The notes beneath the pieces were generated by a model. The model had not been told where the DNA came from. It was given only the letters and a program-made list of their open reading frames with translations, and did not search any database. Shown one piece after another: positions 26,871 to 38,789 of a DNA stretch of 64,000 bases; within the stretch, counting starts at the first letter, position 1, and each line of letters begins with the position of its first letter. Both the position numbers and the translations under genes were made by a program. Source of the stretch: the human T2T-CHM13v2.0 reference genome, Homo sapiens; assembly GCF_009914755.1 (NCBI RefSeq), contig NC_060934.1. One strand, given 5' to 3'.

Positions 26871-27858
26871 ATCTTGGCTGCTAAAGATGGGTATGCAGTT
26901 CAGCTGAGCAGAAGGAACCTGACAACTGTCTCCTCGGGGAGTCCCAGGAACCACTCCGGAGGTGTGAGTCCTGGTTGGAGGGCAGAGGGCACAGAACAAT
27001 GGGCAGGCCGAGGTGTCTCATGCTTCGGTACCAGTTAACAGATCCTCTTCATGGCTACTGCGCACCAAGCACCTTGATAAGCCAAGGCAATCCAAGGGTG
27101 AAAAGGATGGACAAGCACCAAGCCATCCAATCACCTTTGCTATTTCTTTTTGTAAATATCCAGAGCTCCGTGGGATCATGGGGTGTAGTGGAGTCTTCTG
27201 GAGGCTCCTCTGCAGATCTGGGCTAAATCTGAGCTCTGTCACTTACAAGCAGAGCCAGTGACCCTCAGCACGACACCTAACCTCTCTGAGCTTCCCTCTC
27301 TTCTGTCCAAAGGGTCATTATGAATCAGCATTCAGCACAATCATTATTTCTACTAAAAAACAAATGAGAGTTTTCTATCTTTTCTCAAGTTCCTCTGGCG
27401 ACACAGCAAAAACTCTGTTCAGCTAAGATGGTAAGAATGTAGCCTTCCCCTGTCATTGTATTTGCAGTCCTTATAGTGCTGTATGGCACACGGAACGTAT
27501 ACTACATGTACATTACAAAAACATGCAGCAGACATTCGGCATCTCATTAAATTCTGGATGGCATAAAACCGTATGCCAGGAAGTAGCATTCCCATTTTGT
27601 AGAGGACGATTCTAAATTGCAGAGAGGTTAAGAGGGCTGTTGGTTCACAAGGAAGCAGGGTGTCCACGCCAGAATCTGTAGGAGGAAGAGTTTGGTAAAT
27701 TGCACCGAAAAAAGAAGTTCCCCAGCCCCGCCCATTGTGGCTGTGGCCTTCTTCCGGCCACTGGACTCAGGCCTACTGGAGTGGTTCCTGGTACCCCTGG
27801 GGGGTGTATGCAGGCTTCTGCCCATCTGAATTGCATGCCCCTCTGTGGCTGCCAGGTT
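26871..27858. repeat. Diverged inverted repeat (arms ~26871-27084 and ~27641-27858)
   Basis: Exact 14-mer GGAGTGGTTCCTGG (27778-27791) is the reverse complement of 26944-26957; an ungapped 34/44 block pairs 27815-27858 with 26871-26914; further collinear blocks. Confidence 0.85.
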
Positions 27859-28004
27859 GTCCCCATGTTGCATTTTGGCATCTCATGTTGAGCAGCATCC
27901 GCTGTTCTCTACTGGTGCCTGTGTCCTGGATCTGAAAAAATGAAGCAAAAGAAAACAAATACAACAAGCAAACAAAAATAGAGAGGAATCAGATCCCGGG
28001 GTTT

Positions 28005-28500
28005 TAGTCCTGGCTCCCCTGTTTACTGGCTGTGTGGCCTTGGGCAAGTTCCTAAAATTGCCCAAGCTTTGGGTTTCTCATCAACAACAGGGCAAAAACA
28101 GTGCCCATCTCACAAGACTGTGTGAGATTCAGTGACAGATGCAGACAGCAGGTTCAGCAGAAAGTGCCTGGCACTTAGGAAGAATTCAAGGCTTCTTAGT
28201 GGAAAGTCTTCAGAAGATGCTCTCCATGCAGCTAGTGCAATGTGGCTTCCTTTAGTGAGATGTTGGGGAGGAGCCTCTCCAGGTCTGGGGTTACGATGCC
28301 TACAGGGCAGGGACAGTAACAGCCACTGGCACGTAGGGACTTACTATGCACAGGCTGGCCACTATCGTAAGCACTTTATAGGATTTGCCTCATCTATTCC
28401 TCACATTGACCCTGAAAGGTAGACCCTATTGCTGCCAACTTCATTTTACAAATGAGAAAACTAAGACCCAGAGAGGTTAAGCAACTGACCCTGGGCACAC
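28005..28500. mobile_element. Two MIRs in opposite orientation (~28005-28185 +, ~28335-28500 -)
   Basis: GGCTGTGTGGCCTTGGGCAAGTT and CATTTTACAAATGAGAAAACT..CAGAGAGGTTAAG cores. Confidence 0.8.
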
Positions 28501-29842
28501 AGCTGTTCTACCCCAGTTTGTCACCTCTCTGCCCCCAGCCTCCCAGCCCAGAGCACGTTCTCCCAGTTGGCCTTTTGGGGTGACTAAAACCTTTCCAAAA
28601 AGTTGTTACTCTCAGATGACTCCCAGAGCATCTCGAGATGGGCCCTGAGAGTGAGGCTGGCACTCTGCCCCCACACCTTGGGGAGGCCAGGAGCGCTCTT
28701 GGTGGGAAAAGGAGATGTGGCCCTGGGGGTCTGACAGCTGACCCATCATCCTTGCTTCATGTGCACCAGACTGACTGCTTCCAGTTAAATAAAAGTATCA
28801 AAACCTATCACATTCATAAGAGCACCTGGGGATAAATGCAGTACTGAGCTGTCATCACGCTCTCACTCCAAGAGTTCCAGGAGCTCGTGTGCTGTGCACA
28901 TGGAGCTCCTTGGCAGTTGGGACGGCTGCTTCCCTCTCACCCAGGTGATCACATTTCCCAGGCCAACCTCTGGGTCCTGCCATGACCCCCCACCACCTCG
29001 GTAGCCATTTCCAAGTTTTACTACTACTTTCCTGTGTTTTATTTTTTGCACGAAATTGTTCTACCAACTTGCCACGTGAACAAGGCCAGCCCTGTTGTAC
29101 AGGAGGGGGTTTGAATGAGTTGGGCACATTCCAAACCGGGCTGGGATGAGCTGGGGCACTTCAAGGGCCTCCCTAGAGGTTGCCCCTAGAGGGTCAAGGG
29201 CATAAGGAGGGACTCCGGATGGATCCCTGATCCACTTGTATCTGTTTTATATCTTAGAGCTCTGCATGAAATTTTGCTTTAACAAACGGGTTGGCGGCCA
29301 AAAACACATTAAGTAATTAAATAGTTAAATGCATAAATCAATTAAATAAAACTGCTGAACAACCTGATTTCTCAGGTCCTGCCTAGCGTGAAAACCCTTT
29401 TTGCATAATCAGCAGTGGACGCTGAAAATGCGAACTGCTGAGTGAAAATGAGAACCACGCTGCCCGTACTCTTCTTTGGTATTTTCCAGGGCCACAGAGA
29501 TAACAGGAAACCATAAATAAGGCCAAAGACAATGAATGATGAGACCTGGGTTTGGCATGTAACCAAGAGTTCTCTGCTCCTGTGATACAGACAAGGCCCG
29601 ACGACTGTGGCGAGGGTCTGTGAGGCGGGGGGAGGCCAGCCCTGCTGCTGGGGCTGGTGGACACCAGAGTCCAGTTGAGCCCTGCTCCCCAAGATCCTAA
29701 TGTCCCCCATCTTCAGCTCTTGAGTGGTTCTTTCTACATCTCAATGACAGTAGGCATGACACTGTGGGAACGTGGGTGACATCCAAAGCTTAGTGATGCC
29801 TTCTGGCCACAAAGCAACTTCTGCCAACCGGAAGAAAGACTA

Positions 29843-29857
29843 CGCACCTGCACACAA

Positions 29858-29896
<39 letters not shown>

Positions 29897-30290
29897 ATAC
29901 ACACACACATACCTACACATACACACATACCACACACATATGCATATATACAAACATGTGCACACACACATGCACACACATACACACATACATATACACA
30001 CATACATATACACACATACACATGCGCAAACACACATACATACACACATATAGATACACACATACACACATGCACACATGCATGTGCACACACATGCACA
30101 CGTGTGCACACACATACAGACACCACACACATACCGCACACCACACACATACACACATACATGTATGCACACACATACACACACCTATGCATACACATAT
30201 ACACACATGCACACACACACCCCTGCACATACATACACATGTGTGCACACACACACGCACACACACACAGCACATACACACCACACACAG
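29843..30290. repeat. Long degenerate (CA)n/(CATA)n tract
   Basis: About 450 bp of alternating purine-pyrimidine sequence. Confidence 0.98.
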
Positions 30291-30689
30291 CTATTTGTTT
30301 GAGGAAAAGCATGGTTTATTTAGATGGTGCTTTGCATAACTTTCTAAATTGAGTTCAAATTGGCATAAGACCATGTATTTTGTGCTGTCCGTTGGCCCCT
30401 CTTAATCTCATGACCTGATCTTCTTTTGAAGATTAAGGCACACATTCATCACCATAAACAAAAACCCCTAGGATAGGCACCAAATAGCTTGGAGTGTTTA
30501 TAGAGATAAACTTCCCAAGTCACAGGACACTTTGCATCCGAGGACTCAGGTGCTTGGCAAAGTATACATCTTCCTTACGTCAGTGGGATCCAGTCTGTGT
30601 CTTGACAGTGTTGTTCTGAAAGTGGTCATGCCCCAGCAAAGTAATGGTCCTGAATTACTCCCATCATTTTGCCCAGTTTTAGTTCATTC

Positions 30690-30890
30690 ACAGCACTTAT
30701 TACCTTATATACCTCATTGTCTGTCATCTGCCTCCTTCTCCAGACAAGGGAGGAATTTGACAACAGCAAGGAGCTTATTTATTTCATTCACTGACATATG
30801 CCCAGCTTAGAACAGTGCCTGGAATGTTGTAAGCACTCAGCAAGTGTCTCTTGAATCAGTGAGGGAATGGATGAATAGATGGTGAATAAC
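30690..30890 (+). mobile_element. L2 3' end
   Basis: TTCACTG..CCCAG..AGAACAGTGCCTGG..AAGCACTCA..GAATGGATGAAT. Confidence 0.8.
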
Positions 30891-30929
30891 CTTCCTTCTC
30901 AATCTTCAGTACAAAACTCGGCCACCGTG

Positions 30930-31135
30930 GTGCAGCAGCGAGGTATGAGCCAGGAGTTCCAGTCTGCTACTTACTTACAACACTCCACAAAAATCCCTAG
31001 AACTAACTTCCATACACTTACCTGTAAAACGGGCATCATCTCCACCCAACAGAACTGTATGTGAGGATGCACTGAGTTCACGTATGTGCGAAGTGCCCAC
31101 ATGTTGTCTGGCACATGGTAGGTATTTATCCAGCC
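30930..31135 (+). mobile_element. MIR
   Basis: CCTGTAAAACGGG..TGTGAGGAT..TCTGGCACATGGTAGG. Confidence 0.65.
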
Positions 31136-32561
31136 ATTGTTGAATGCAAGATAGCCTTTTATTATTTCCCCCACTTTAGATAAGAAGAAAATTGAGATGC
31201 AGAGGGTGGATGGGAATAGTAAAGCCAGGACTCAGGCTGGCATCTTCTGCCTCTCAGATCAAAGCGCCTTCTGTCTCTTCATGCTGCTTTTTCTAGAACA
31301 ATCTCCCCCTTTCTCTCACAACACACACCCACACACAGTGCATGTTAGTGGTTCAATTTAATATTTTTTAATTTTAATATTTAATTTAACATTAATCTAA
31401 CATTTTCCCCAAACATACTATTTATCTTTCTACTCAGTCAAGACGTAGTCTCATGTAAAGGCTTCAAACAGGCAGATGGAAAGAAGAAGACTCCTTTACT
31501 ATAGAGGGTTGGCCTGGGCCCTGAGCCGTCCCCACCCGACCCAGGGGGCATCTCCTTGGTGGCTCTGGTCTGTGGCTGTTTCCACAGTGAAGCAAATATC
31601 CTTTCTGTCAGGTCCCAGGGGACAAACTCTGAGCCAGGGCATGTGGTGGGGGCCTGGGGACTCCTTAAATCCTCCCCTCTCTCCTACCCCCTAAGGGCAT
31701 CTGGATCCTCTGGGTAGGATGCAGAGCAAGGACCAGGCCACCTGCCTCCCACTCGAGCCTCCATGGGGTTGGGACAAAGATTTCTCCTTCAGGAGAGGAA
31801 GACTGGACAGGTTTCTGGGCTGTGTCAAGCCATGGCTTAGTTCTCCCTGGTGATGAGGAACAGCTGTGCCCCAAAGGCAAAGCACCGTGGCCTGGTAGAC
31901 TTGGGTTGCCTCCCCAGTGTTTTGATAAAAGCTTGAACAGAGATGAGGAACTGTGTCTCTCCCCAGCAGCCTCTCTCATGCCAGGCCACAGGCCCATCTC
32001 CTAGCAGGTTACCAAGACCAGAGATGGGCTTCCTTCTCTCCCGCTATCTGAGGGGTGGCACACTGGAGTATTCTCTGTCACCATGGAGAATGATAGAGGC
32101 TGGAAAAGGTAGAAAGGACACCCAGGCTGCTAGCTGAGGAGACAAAGCAGAGCAAGTCTGCTGGGACAGCCAGCATCCCAGAGGAGGAAAAATGATAACC
32201 GCAGGAAACTGGTGCAGTTCAAATCCCACCTCAACCTCCACCAGCCAGGCAAGACTCAGTTTCCATAGCTGTACTTAAAGAGCTTGTAGGAATTAAGACA
32301 GGTAGGTCGTAAAGGGCACTTTGGTAGTTTGAGGAGATATGAGTTGAAAGATGGAATGAGTACCTTTTTCCTAGGAAAGGGACAGAAATGATCTGTCATC
32401 TCAGGTCATAGTCACGGTTAACAGGCTCTCCAACTCCTCGCTCCTCTGTGGCTTGGTTTTTACTGCATCTCGATTTTGCAGCTTTCCCACTTCGACTGCT
32501 AATTAAATGAGCATTCAGCCTTCCTTGATGGCTTCCTTTTCCCTCAGAAGTAGAGCTAGCT

Positions 32562-32897
<336 letters not shown>

Positions 32898-32924
32898 TTA
32901 GGGCAGCCACCCTACCCCCACATA

Positions 32925-33112
32925 CCACTTGATAATGGTAAGAATCACCAGGGGGTCCCTATTATTTAAAGAAAGAAAAAGAGGAGGAGAAAGGAGCAAA
33001 TCCCACCCCACTCCAAACAGACCCAATCTGAATGGCCTGAGGGAGGGCCTAGAAATCTATATTCCTAACAAGCTCCCTAGGGGATTCTTATCCTAAAGCA
33101 AATTTGGGAAAT
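32925..33112. mobile_element. hAT-Charlie MITE (MER117/MER5-like)
   Basis: AGAATCACC..AATCTATATT..TAACAAGCTCCC.AGG.GATTCTTAT..TTTGGGAAA. Confidence 0.6.
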
Positions 33113-33247
33113 ATAATTCAGGGCATGGCCTCCACACTATTTTTTTTTTGTTGTCAAGACTCAAGATGAGAAATACATTAATAAATACACTTTATGTTGC
33201 AAATCAAGATGTACTCATATAGCTGGCTGATTAAGAATGTTTCATGG

Positions 33248-33501
33248 GGCTGGGCACGGTGGCTCATGCCTGTAATCCCAGCACTTTGGGAGGCCGAGAT
33301 GGGTGGATCACATGGTGAAATCCTGTCTCTACTAAAAATACAAAAATTAGCTGGGTGTGGTGGTGCACGCCTGTAGTCCCAGCTACTCAGGAGGCTGAGG
33401 CAGGAGAATCACTTGAACCTGAGAGGCGGAGGTTGCAGTGAGCTGAGATGGAGCCCCTGCACTACCACCTGGGTGACAGTGAAATTCCATCTCAAAAAAA
33501 A
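33248..33501 (+). mobile_element. AluS with an internal deletion removing the B box
   Basis: GGATCAC is joined directly to ATGGTGAAA; TSD AAGAATGTTTCATGG at 33233-33247 and 33500-33514. Confidence 0.93.
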
Positions 33502-33658
33502 GAATGTTTCATGGAACCTTATTATCTGTACTCCATTTTGCCACAGTCCATTCCACTCTATTATACTTATTTCATTTTTAAAAGTGAATGTTTCATGAAA
33601 TCTTATTATCTGCACCCGTTTTACCGCAGTCCATTCCACTCGTTTCATTTTAAAAGTG
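33502..33658. repeat. Diverged tandem duplication (period 84)
   Basis: GAATGTTTCATG..CTTATTATCTG..CAGTCCATTCCACTC..TTTCATTTT..AAAAGTG occurs twice. Confidence 0.88.
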
Positions 33659-35567
33659 CTGGATACCACCCAGTGATCAATTTCACTAACCAGCTGGCAG
33701 TTTAAAAAGTGTTGATTTAAGGTGTGACTTTCTGGTAATTCTTCAGTCTGGTCGTGGACTTTATCAGTGGCTACCAGAAGCCAGTCTTCCAACTCATAGC
33801 TTAAGAATCATCAGGGCCCTTGATAAAGGTGCAAATTTTCAAGTCCCATCCCCTGAGGTTTTAAACGGCTTCAGAGAGTGGCCAGAACCACAGTGTCCAG
33901 GAGTCTCAGTACCACTAGCTGGAGATTCTGAGCCCAGGGAGAGACAGCTTCTGATTGATCCAGGTGGGTCACATGCTCGCTCTTGGTCAGATAAAGGATG
34001 ACACACCTTGATGGGCAGTTCTGCCAACACTGGGTCCCTTGGAACTGGGTAGCTCCCTAAAGTAAGTGGAAGAAAGGGGAATGGGTGCTGCCAGCAACAC
34101 CAATGACCACAACAGAGGCCATCTTAGGCCACCCAAGTAGCAGTTTGTTAATCTCTCCTTCGTCTTAACTGCTACTATCCTCCCCGATGCAACCTGGAGT
34201 GCCCAGCTGGTGCATACAGCAGGCATCCATGTGCATGGGTTATATGGAATACCTGGGAATACTTGTATTCTGACTTCTGGTCTTGATCTGAAGTAATCAG
34301 GCTTTTGACTCTGTGCTTCATTTTGACAACGGAAGCCAAACTCCTGAGGGCTGGCTCCATTGATTGCAACAGAGTCTAGATTTTTATTTATTTTATTTAA
34401 CAAACTCTTCCATATGCAAGCCAGTATTCTAAGTGCTTTACAAATATTAACTTATTGAGTTCTCATAAAAACCCTATAAGAGAAGTACTATTACATGCCA
34501 GGAACCATTTAAGGGGTTGTACCCATATTATCTCTATTCTTCCAATCCATCCGGTAAGGGGACAGGAATCATTTTTCTTCATTGACAAGACACTGAGATT
34601 CAGAGGTTATATAACTTGCTCAAGGTCTCACAGCAAGTGGCAGAGTTGCACCTTGAACTCTAGTAAGGAAGAATGAGTAATGCCAAGGGAATCTTTGAAA
34701 TGGCATTTAATCCTAGAGTTACCAGTTAAGCTCTTCCATGCTAAGAACATCCAGGTTCAAATGGGCCAAGCCCTGGGGGACAAGTTGTGTCTTCTTACAA
34801 ACAGAAACAGAGGCACAAACCAAAAGGACTTGCCTAAGTTCCAGCTGTGGGCAGGAAGCCAGTAAACACATGAAACCCCCAGCGGCTGGCTGAACATTCC
34901 TATAGCTTCGATGTGCCCTCATTCTGTTAAAATGTAGTGACCAGGAAATTCATCACTGCTTATATGAATTATATGTTTTTTCAATGAAAAGAAGAAAGCT
35001 CTGTTCACTCATGGAGACTTTTATTCAAGCGTCAAGCTGTATTTTAATTTTCTAGTAGCAAGTATTGCAGTCAGCCACACTCTTAAACAATGACCTCAAA
35101 TTCCTCTTTGCCTTCATTGCAGTGACAATGTTGTTACAGCTGACTAATGTTTTTTTCTCAGTTGGCATGGCTAACCAATATTTTCTGAGTTAAATACATC
35201 TCTCCAGGTTTCCCCAGGTAGGTTCTGGGAAGGAAACTCTTACCCCTGATTTGGAAGAAAGGTCCCTGGGTTCATTTTAAAATAATAAATATACAAGTGT
35301 ATATTAATTAAAGAAAATAAACAAATGACATCATCTGTGGGTTTAGAACTCTTCTGTTCAGCTGTTGGATCCAAATAGGTTTTTATGATCCTGGATTTAC
35401 ATTCAGATTGGTATAGTGCCTGTGACTATGGTAGACTTTAACAGAGAGAAAGGAGTTACATTATAATCTGTATGCAATAATTCCTTTCCCATAGGTGGCA
35501 AGAACATGCTTTTCTTCCTGAATTTCCTTCACTTGGGTGTGAACGTAAAAATAATCAGTTGGAAAGT

Positions 35568-36030
35568 GTATCAGTTATTTATTGATATTTATTGCTGTGT
35601 GAAAAACCACCCAAAATATAGTCGCTTAAAACCACCATGTATTGCTTCTCATGGCTCTGTGGGTTGATGGGGTGGTTGTTTTTCTAGTCTCAACTGAAAG
35701 GCTCAACTGAGGCTCATTTGTGTGGCCTCATTCAGCTGGCCCCTCAGCCGGGTCTGGGGGGTCTAAAATGACCTAATTTACCTACCTGTCTGGCGCCATG
35801 GTACTTGGCCAGGCCTCTCTCTTCATGTGATACCTCAACATTCAGTAGCTCGGGTTTTCTTACATGGTGGCAACAGTATCAGGGCTTCATTATGCCCAAA
35901 CTCTGGAGCTCCTTAATGTCACCTCTGCCACATTCTATTGACCAAAGGAAATCATGAGGCCAGTCTAGGCATAAAGGCATGATGAAATAGATTCCATATT
36001 CTAATAGAAAGGGCTGCAAAAACTATTTTC
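35568..36030 (-). mobile_element. MaLR LTR (MLT1H-like)
   Basis: ATTGCTG..ACCACCCAAAA..GCTTAAAAC..CTCATGGCTCTGTGGGTTG..TGCCACATTCTATTG. Confidence 0.75.
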
Positions 36031-36655
36031 TTTGTTTTCACATACAAAATATATTCACTGCTTGCCCAAAGGTTGTATCCCATTATGGTGTCAGTCTTGG
36101 TCTCAAAGTCAAGGATCTCAATCCTCTAAATGCAGATACAGATGAGGTGCCTTGGCTGCTTTTCTACAGGTGCAGCACTATGGCCACATCTCCCCTTGAA
36201 GCAGAGGCCTATAAACTAAAGAGACGTGGTACCTGCCCCCTACTTTGCAACATACCTGGTGAAACAGGGACAGGATAATCACCATAAACAATTCCATTCA
36301 AAAAGAGGAGGAAGGGGAGGCACATGGCGGTTACGGGTCCATAGCACTTTGAAATCCAGCCAGGCATCAATTGCCACTTTCCCAACTCTAGGAGTATGGA
36401 ATGCTCCTTGATTAGGATCCACTTCTACTCCTTTGGAGTGGTTCCATAAGCCATTGTTCTTGGCTCTTGGCTCCACTCTCAGGGATCTTGGCTCTGCCCC
36501 CTGAGTTGTCCTTCCTTTCCTATAAGAGATGGCACGTGTTTGCAATTGAGTTGTTTTCTCTGCCTGCTTCTGCCTATAGAAAGTTGAGGGTCCAGAAACT
36601 CTTTTCATTTTGAACTGTCTTTGTCCAAGTTGGGGGTAATTTCAACAATGCAATA

Positions 36656-36903
36656 GCGGTTTTGTTTTGTTTTGTTTTTTTTTGATCCTGAATATATATT
36701 TTTTAAATTTTACTTTAAGTTCTGGGATACATGTGCAGAATGTGCAGGCTTGTTACACAGGTATACATGTGCCATGGTGGTTTGCTACACCTATCAACCT
36801 GTCATCTAGGTTTTACGGCTGCATAGCAGTCCATGGTATATATGTGCCACATTTTCTTTATCCAGTCTATCACTGATGGGCATTTGGATTGGTTCCAAGT
36901 CCT
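36656..36903 (-). mobile_element. Short L1PA (PA7/PA8-like) with internal deletion
   Basis: TTTTACTTTAAGTTCTGGGATACATGTGCAGAA..; 12-bp TSD AACAATGCAATA at 36644-36655 and 36904-36915. Confidence 0.9.
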
Positions 36904-37634
36904 AACAATGCAATATCTTTAACACTTTGTATGTTTCCCTTGACTCTGATTGGGGTTGAGTCTATGCCTGCAAAATTCTATCCCTTATTCTATTTTGAGG
37001 CAGATCTCTCTCTATTTTGAGCTGAGTGTGAATCTGCTGTGGGATACTCCTTTAAGATTCTTAAAGCCTGTTTGTCTGGCTCAGAGGCATGTTGGGCACC
37101 AGCTTAAGGTTTTCTGAGGTCTTAATAAAGGATCTTGCAGCCACAAACTTGATGGACTTTTAACCTCAGACTTTGTTTCACTTGAAAATTTTCTACTGGC
37201 AGGGGTGGGAAGTGTGTGTGTGTTGGAAATGAGAGCATCTTATTTTCTAATCAACCATGTCCTGGATCTTTTATATTTTTTTCTAAATTCTGCTTGTAAA
37301 CTAAATAGCTCTGCCTAAAGCTCATCTCTCCCAGTACATATCATACACAGTTAGAAGAAGCTAAGTGGCACTTACAATATTCTGTCTAGAGACTTCCTTA
37401 GCCATATCTATGAATTCAGTAGGTAATTTTCTGTGTTCCAAGTTACCATGAATGATAGTTTGGACTATCATCCACCACTTCATAACCTAGCTGACTTTTC
37501 TCCACCTTCAATAGCAGTTTCCTCACCTTTTTCCAGCCCCCACCCATGGCGTCCATCCCACCTTCTGTGCACATTCTAGTCCAGAGCCAATGCCACCAAT
37601 TTTGTGTTTTTGTTCCTGTAATGCCTCACTTTTA

Positions 37635-38204
37635 TCTCTTTTTTTTTTTTTTACAATTTTAATTATCTTTGCTTTAATGATTTATGTACTTACCGCTTCG
37701 GTTGTTTTAAATGTTCATATTTACAATTCATTTATCATTACACTGCCAATCGTCCTTACAACATCCAACATTATCGTGCTAAGTACGTGTAACATGGAAC
37801 TCCTCATCATGCTTTATTTGACTGGTGTCACCAGTCTTGCCCCTTTGTTTCCGATTTTTTTCATTTATTCATTCCATTAACAAATATTCACTGGGAAATA
37901 CTAAGAGCTACTACATTATTCTAAGATGTCCACCACTGGGGTCAATAGAGCTATGAAGTGATGCCTCCTTCCATGTGAAGCATGGTATTCAAGAGAAGTG
38001 GTATGAGCTGACTCACATTTCACAGGCTCCCTCCCCATGCTATGTTGCTATTAGAAAGAGCAGACGCAGAAGTAGGGGAAGCATTGGGAGGCTCTGATGA
38101 CATTCTGAGCAAGAAGTGAAGGTGCCAGGACCACACAGGCAAGGAAGGGATGTGACAGAGTCAGGTAGCAGTAGCACTGAAGATACTGAAAGGGACTGTG
38201 AAGC
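37635..38204 (-). other. Retroposed non-coding insert (orphan transduction or processed transcript)
   Basis: Poly-T at 37639-37652, antisense ATTAAA at 37673-37678, flanking AATGCCTCACTTTTA / AACACCTCACTTTTA. Confidence 0.75.
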
Positions 38205-38228
38205 AACACCTCACTTTTAGATACAAAA

Positions 38229-38782
38229 TGTAATGGTTAATTTTATGTGTCAATCTGACTGGGCTATGAGGTGCCCAGATATTTGAGCAAACATTATTCT
38301 GGCTTTGTCTGTGAGGGCATTTCTGGATGACATTGATATTTGAAATAGTAGACTGAGTGAAGCAGATGGCTCTCTCAGTGTGGGTGGGCCTCCTTCAAAC
38401 TGAGGTCTCCTCCAGTTTTAAGGCCTGAATGGAGCAAAAGGGCTGACTCCACCTGCCTGACTCCTTCTGCTTGACTGCCTTCAGCTGAAACATTGGACTT
38501 TACCTGCCTCTGGACTCAAACTGAATCACTGGCTCTTCCTGGATCTCAAACCTGCCTGCTTTTGGCTTAGAATCTCTACCATCGACTCTCATGATTCTCA
38601 GGCTTTTTGGACTCAGACTGAAACTACACCCTCAGCTTTTCTGGGTCTTCAGCCTGCCAACTGCAGATCTTGTGAATTCTGAGCCCCCATAATCACGTAA
38701 GTGAATTCTATATAATAAATCTTTTCATAAATAAATATATATCCTATTGGTTCTGTTTCTCTGGAGGACCATCACTAATAAC
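38229..38782 (+). mobile_element. ERVL LTR MLT2B
   Basis: TGTAATGGTTAATTTTATGTGTCAA..GTGCCCAGATATTTG..CCTATTGGTTCTGTTTCTCTGGAG. Confidence 0.92.
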
Positions 38783-38789
38783 CCAACTT

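Larger units (their letters stand above)
36030..38228 (-). mobile_element. MaLR internal sequence (MLT1-int) with nested insertions
   Basis: Lies between two MLT1 LTRs; antisense int start GAGCCAATGCCAC..CCTCACTTTTAGATACAAAA. Confidence 0.65.

Noticed and set aside
26742-27891. Two similar peptides (GVVPGTP..SA.LNC.P) as paralogous micro-genes
   Set aside because: The similarity follows from the DNA inverted repeat; both ORFs start at TTG and there is no other coding evidence.
29734-30352. Longest ORFs in the track (up to 192 aa, Cys/Val- or His/Thr-rich)
   Set aside because: They are translations of the (CA)n/(TG)n tract, which rarely contains stop codons.
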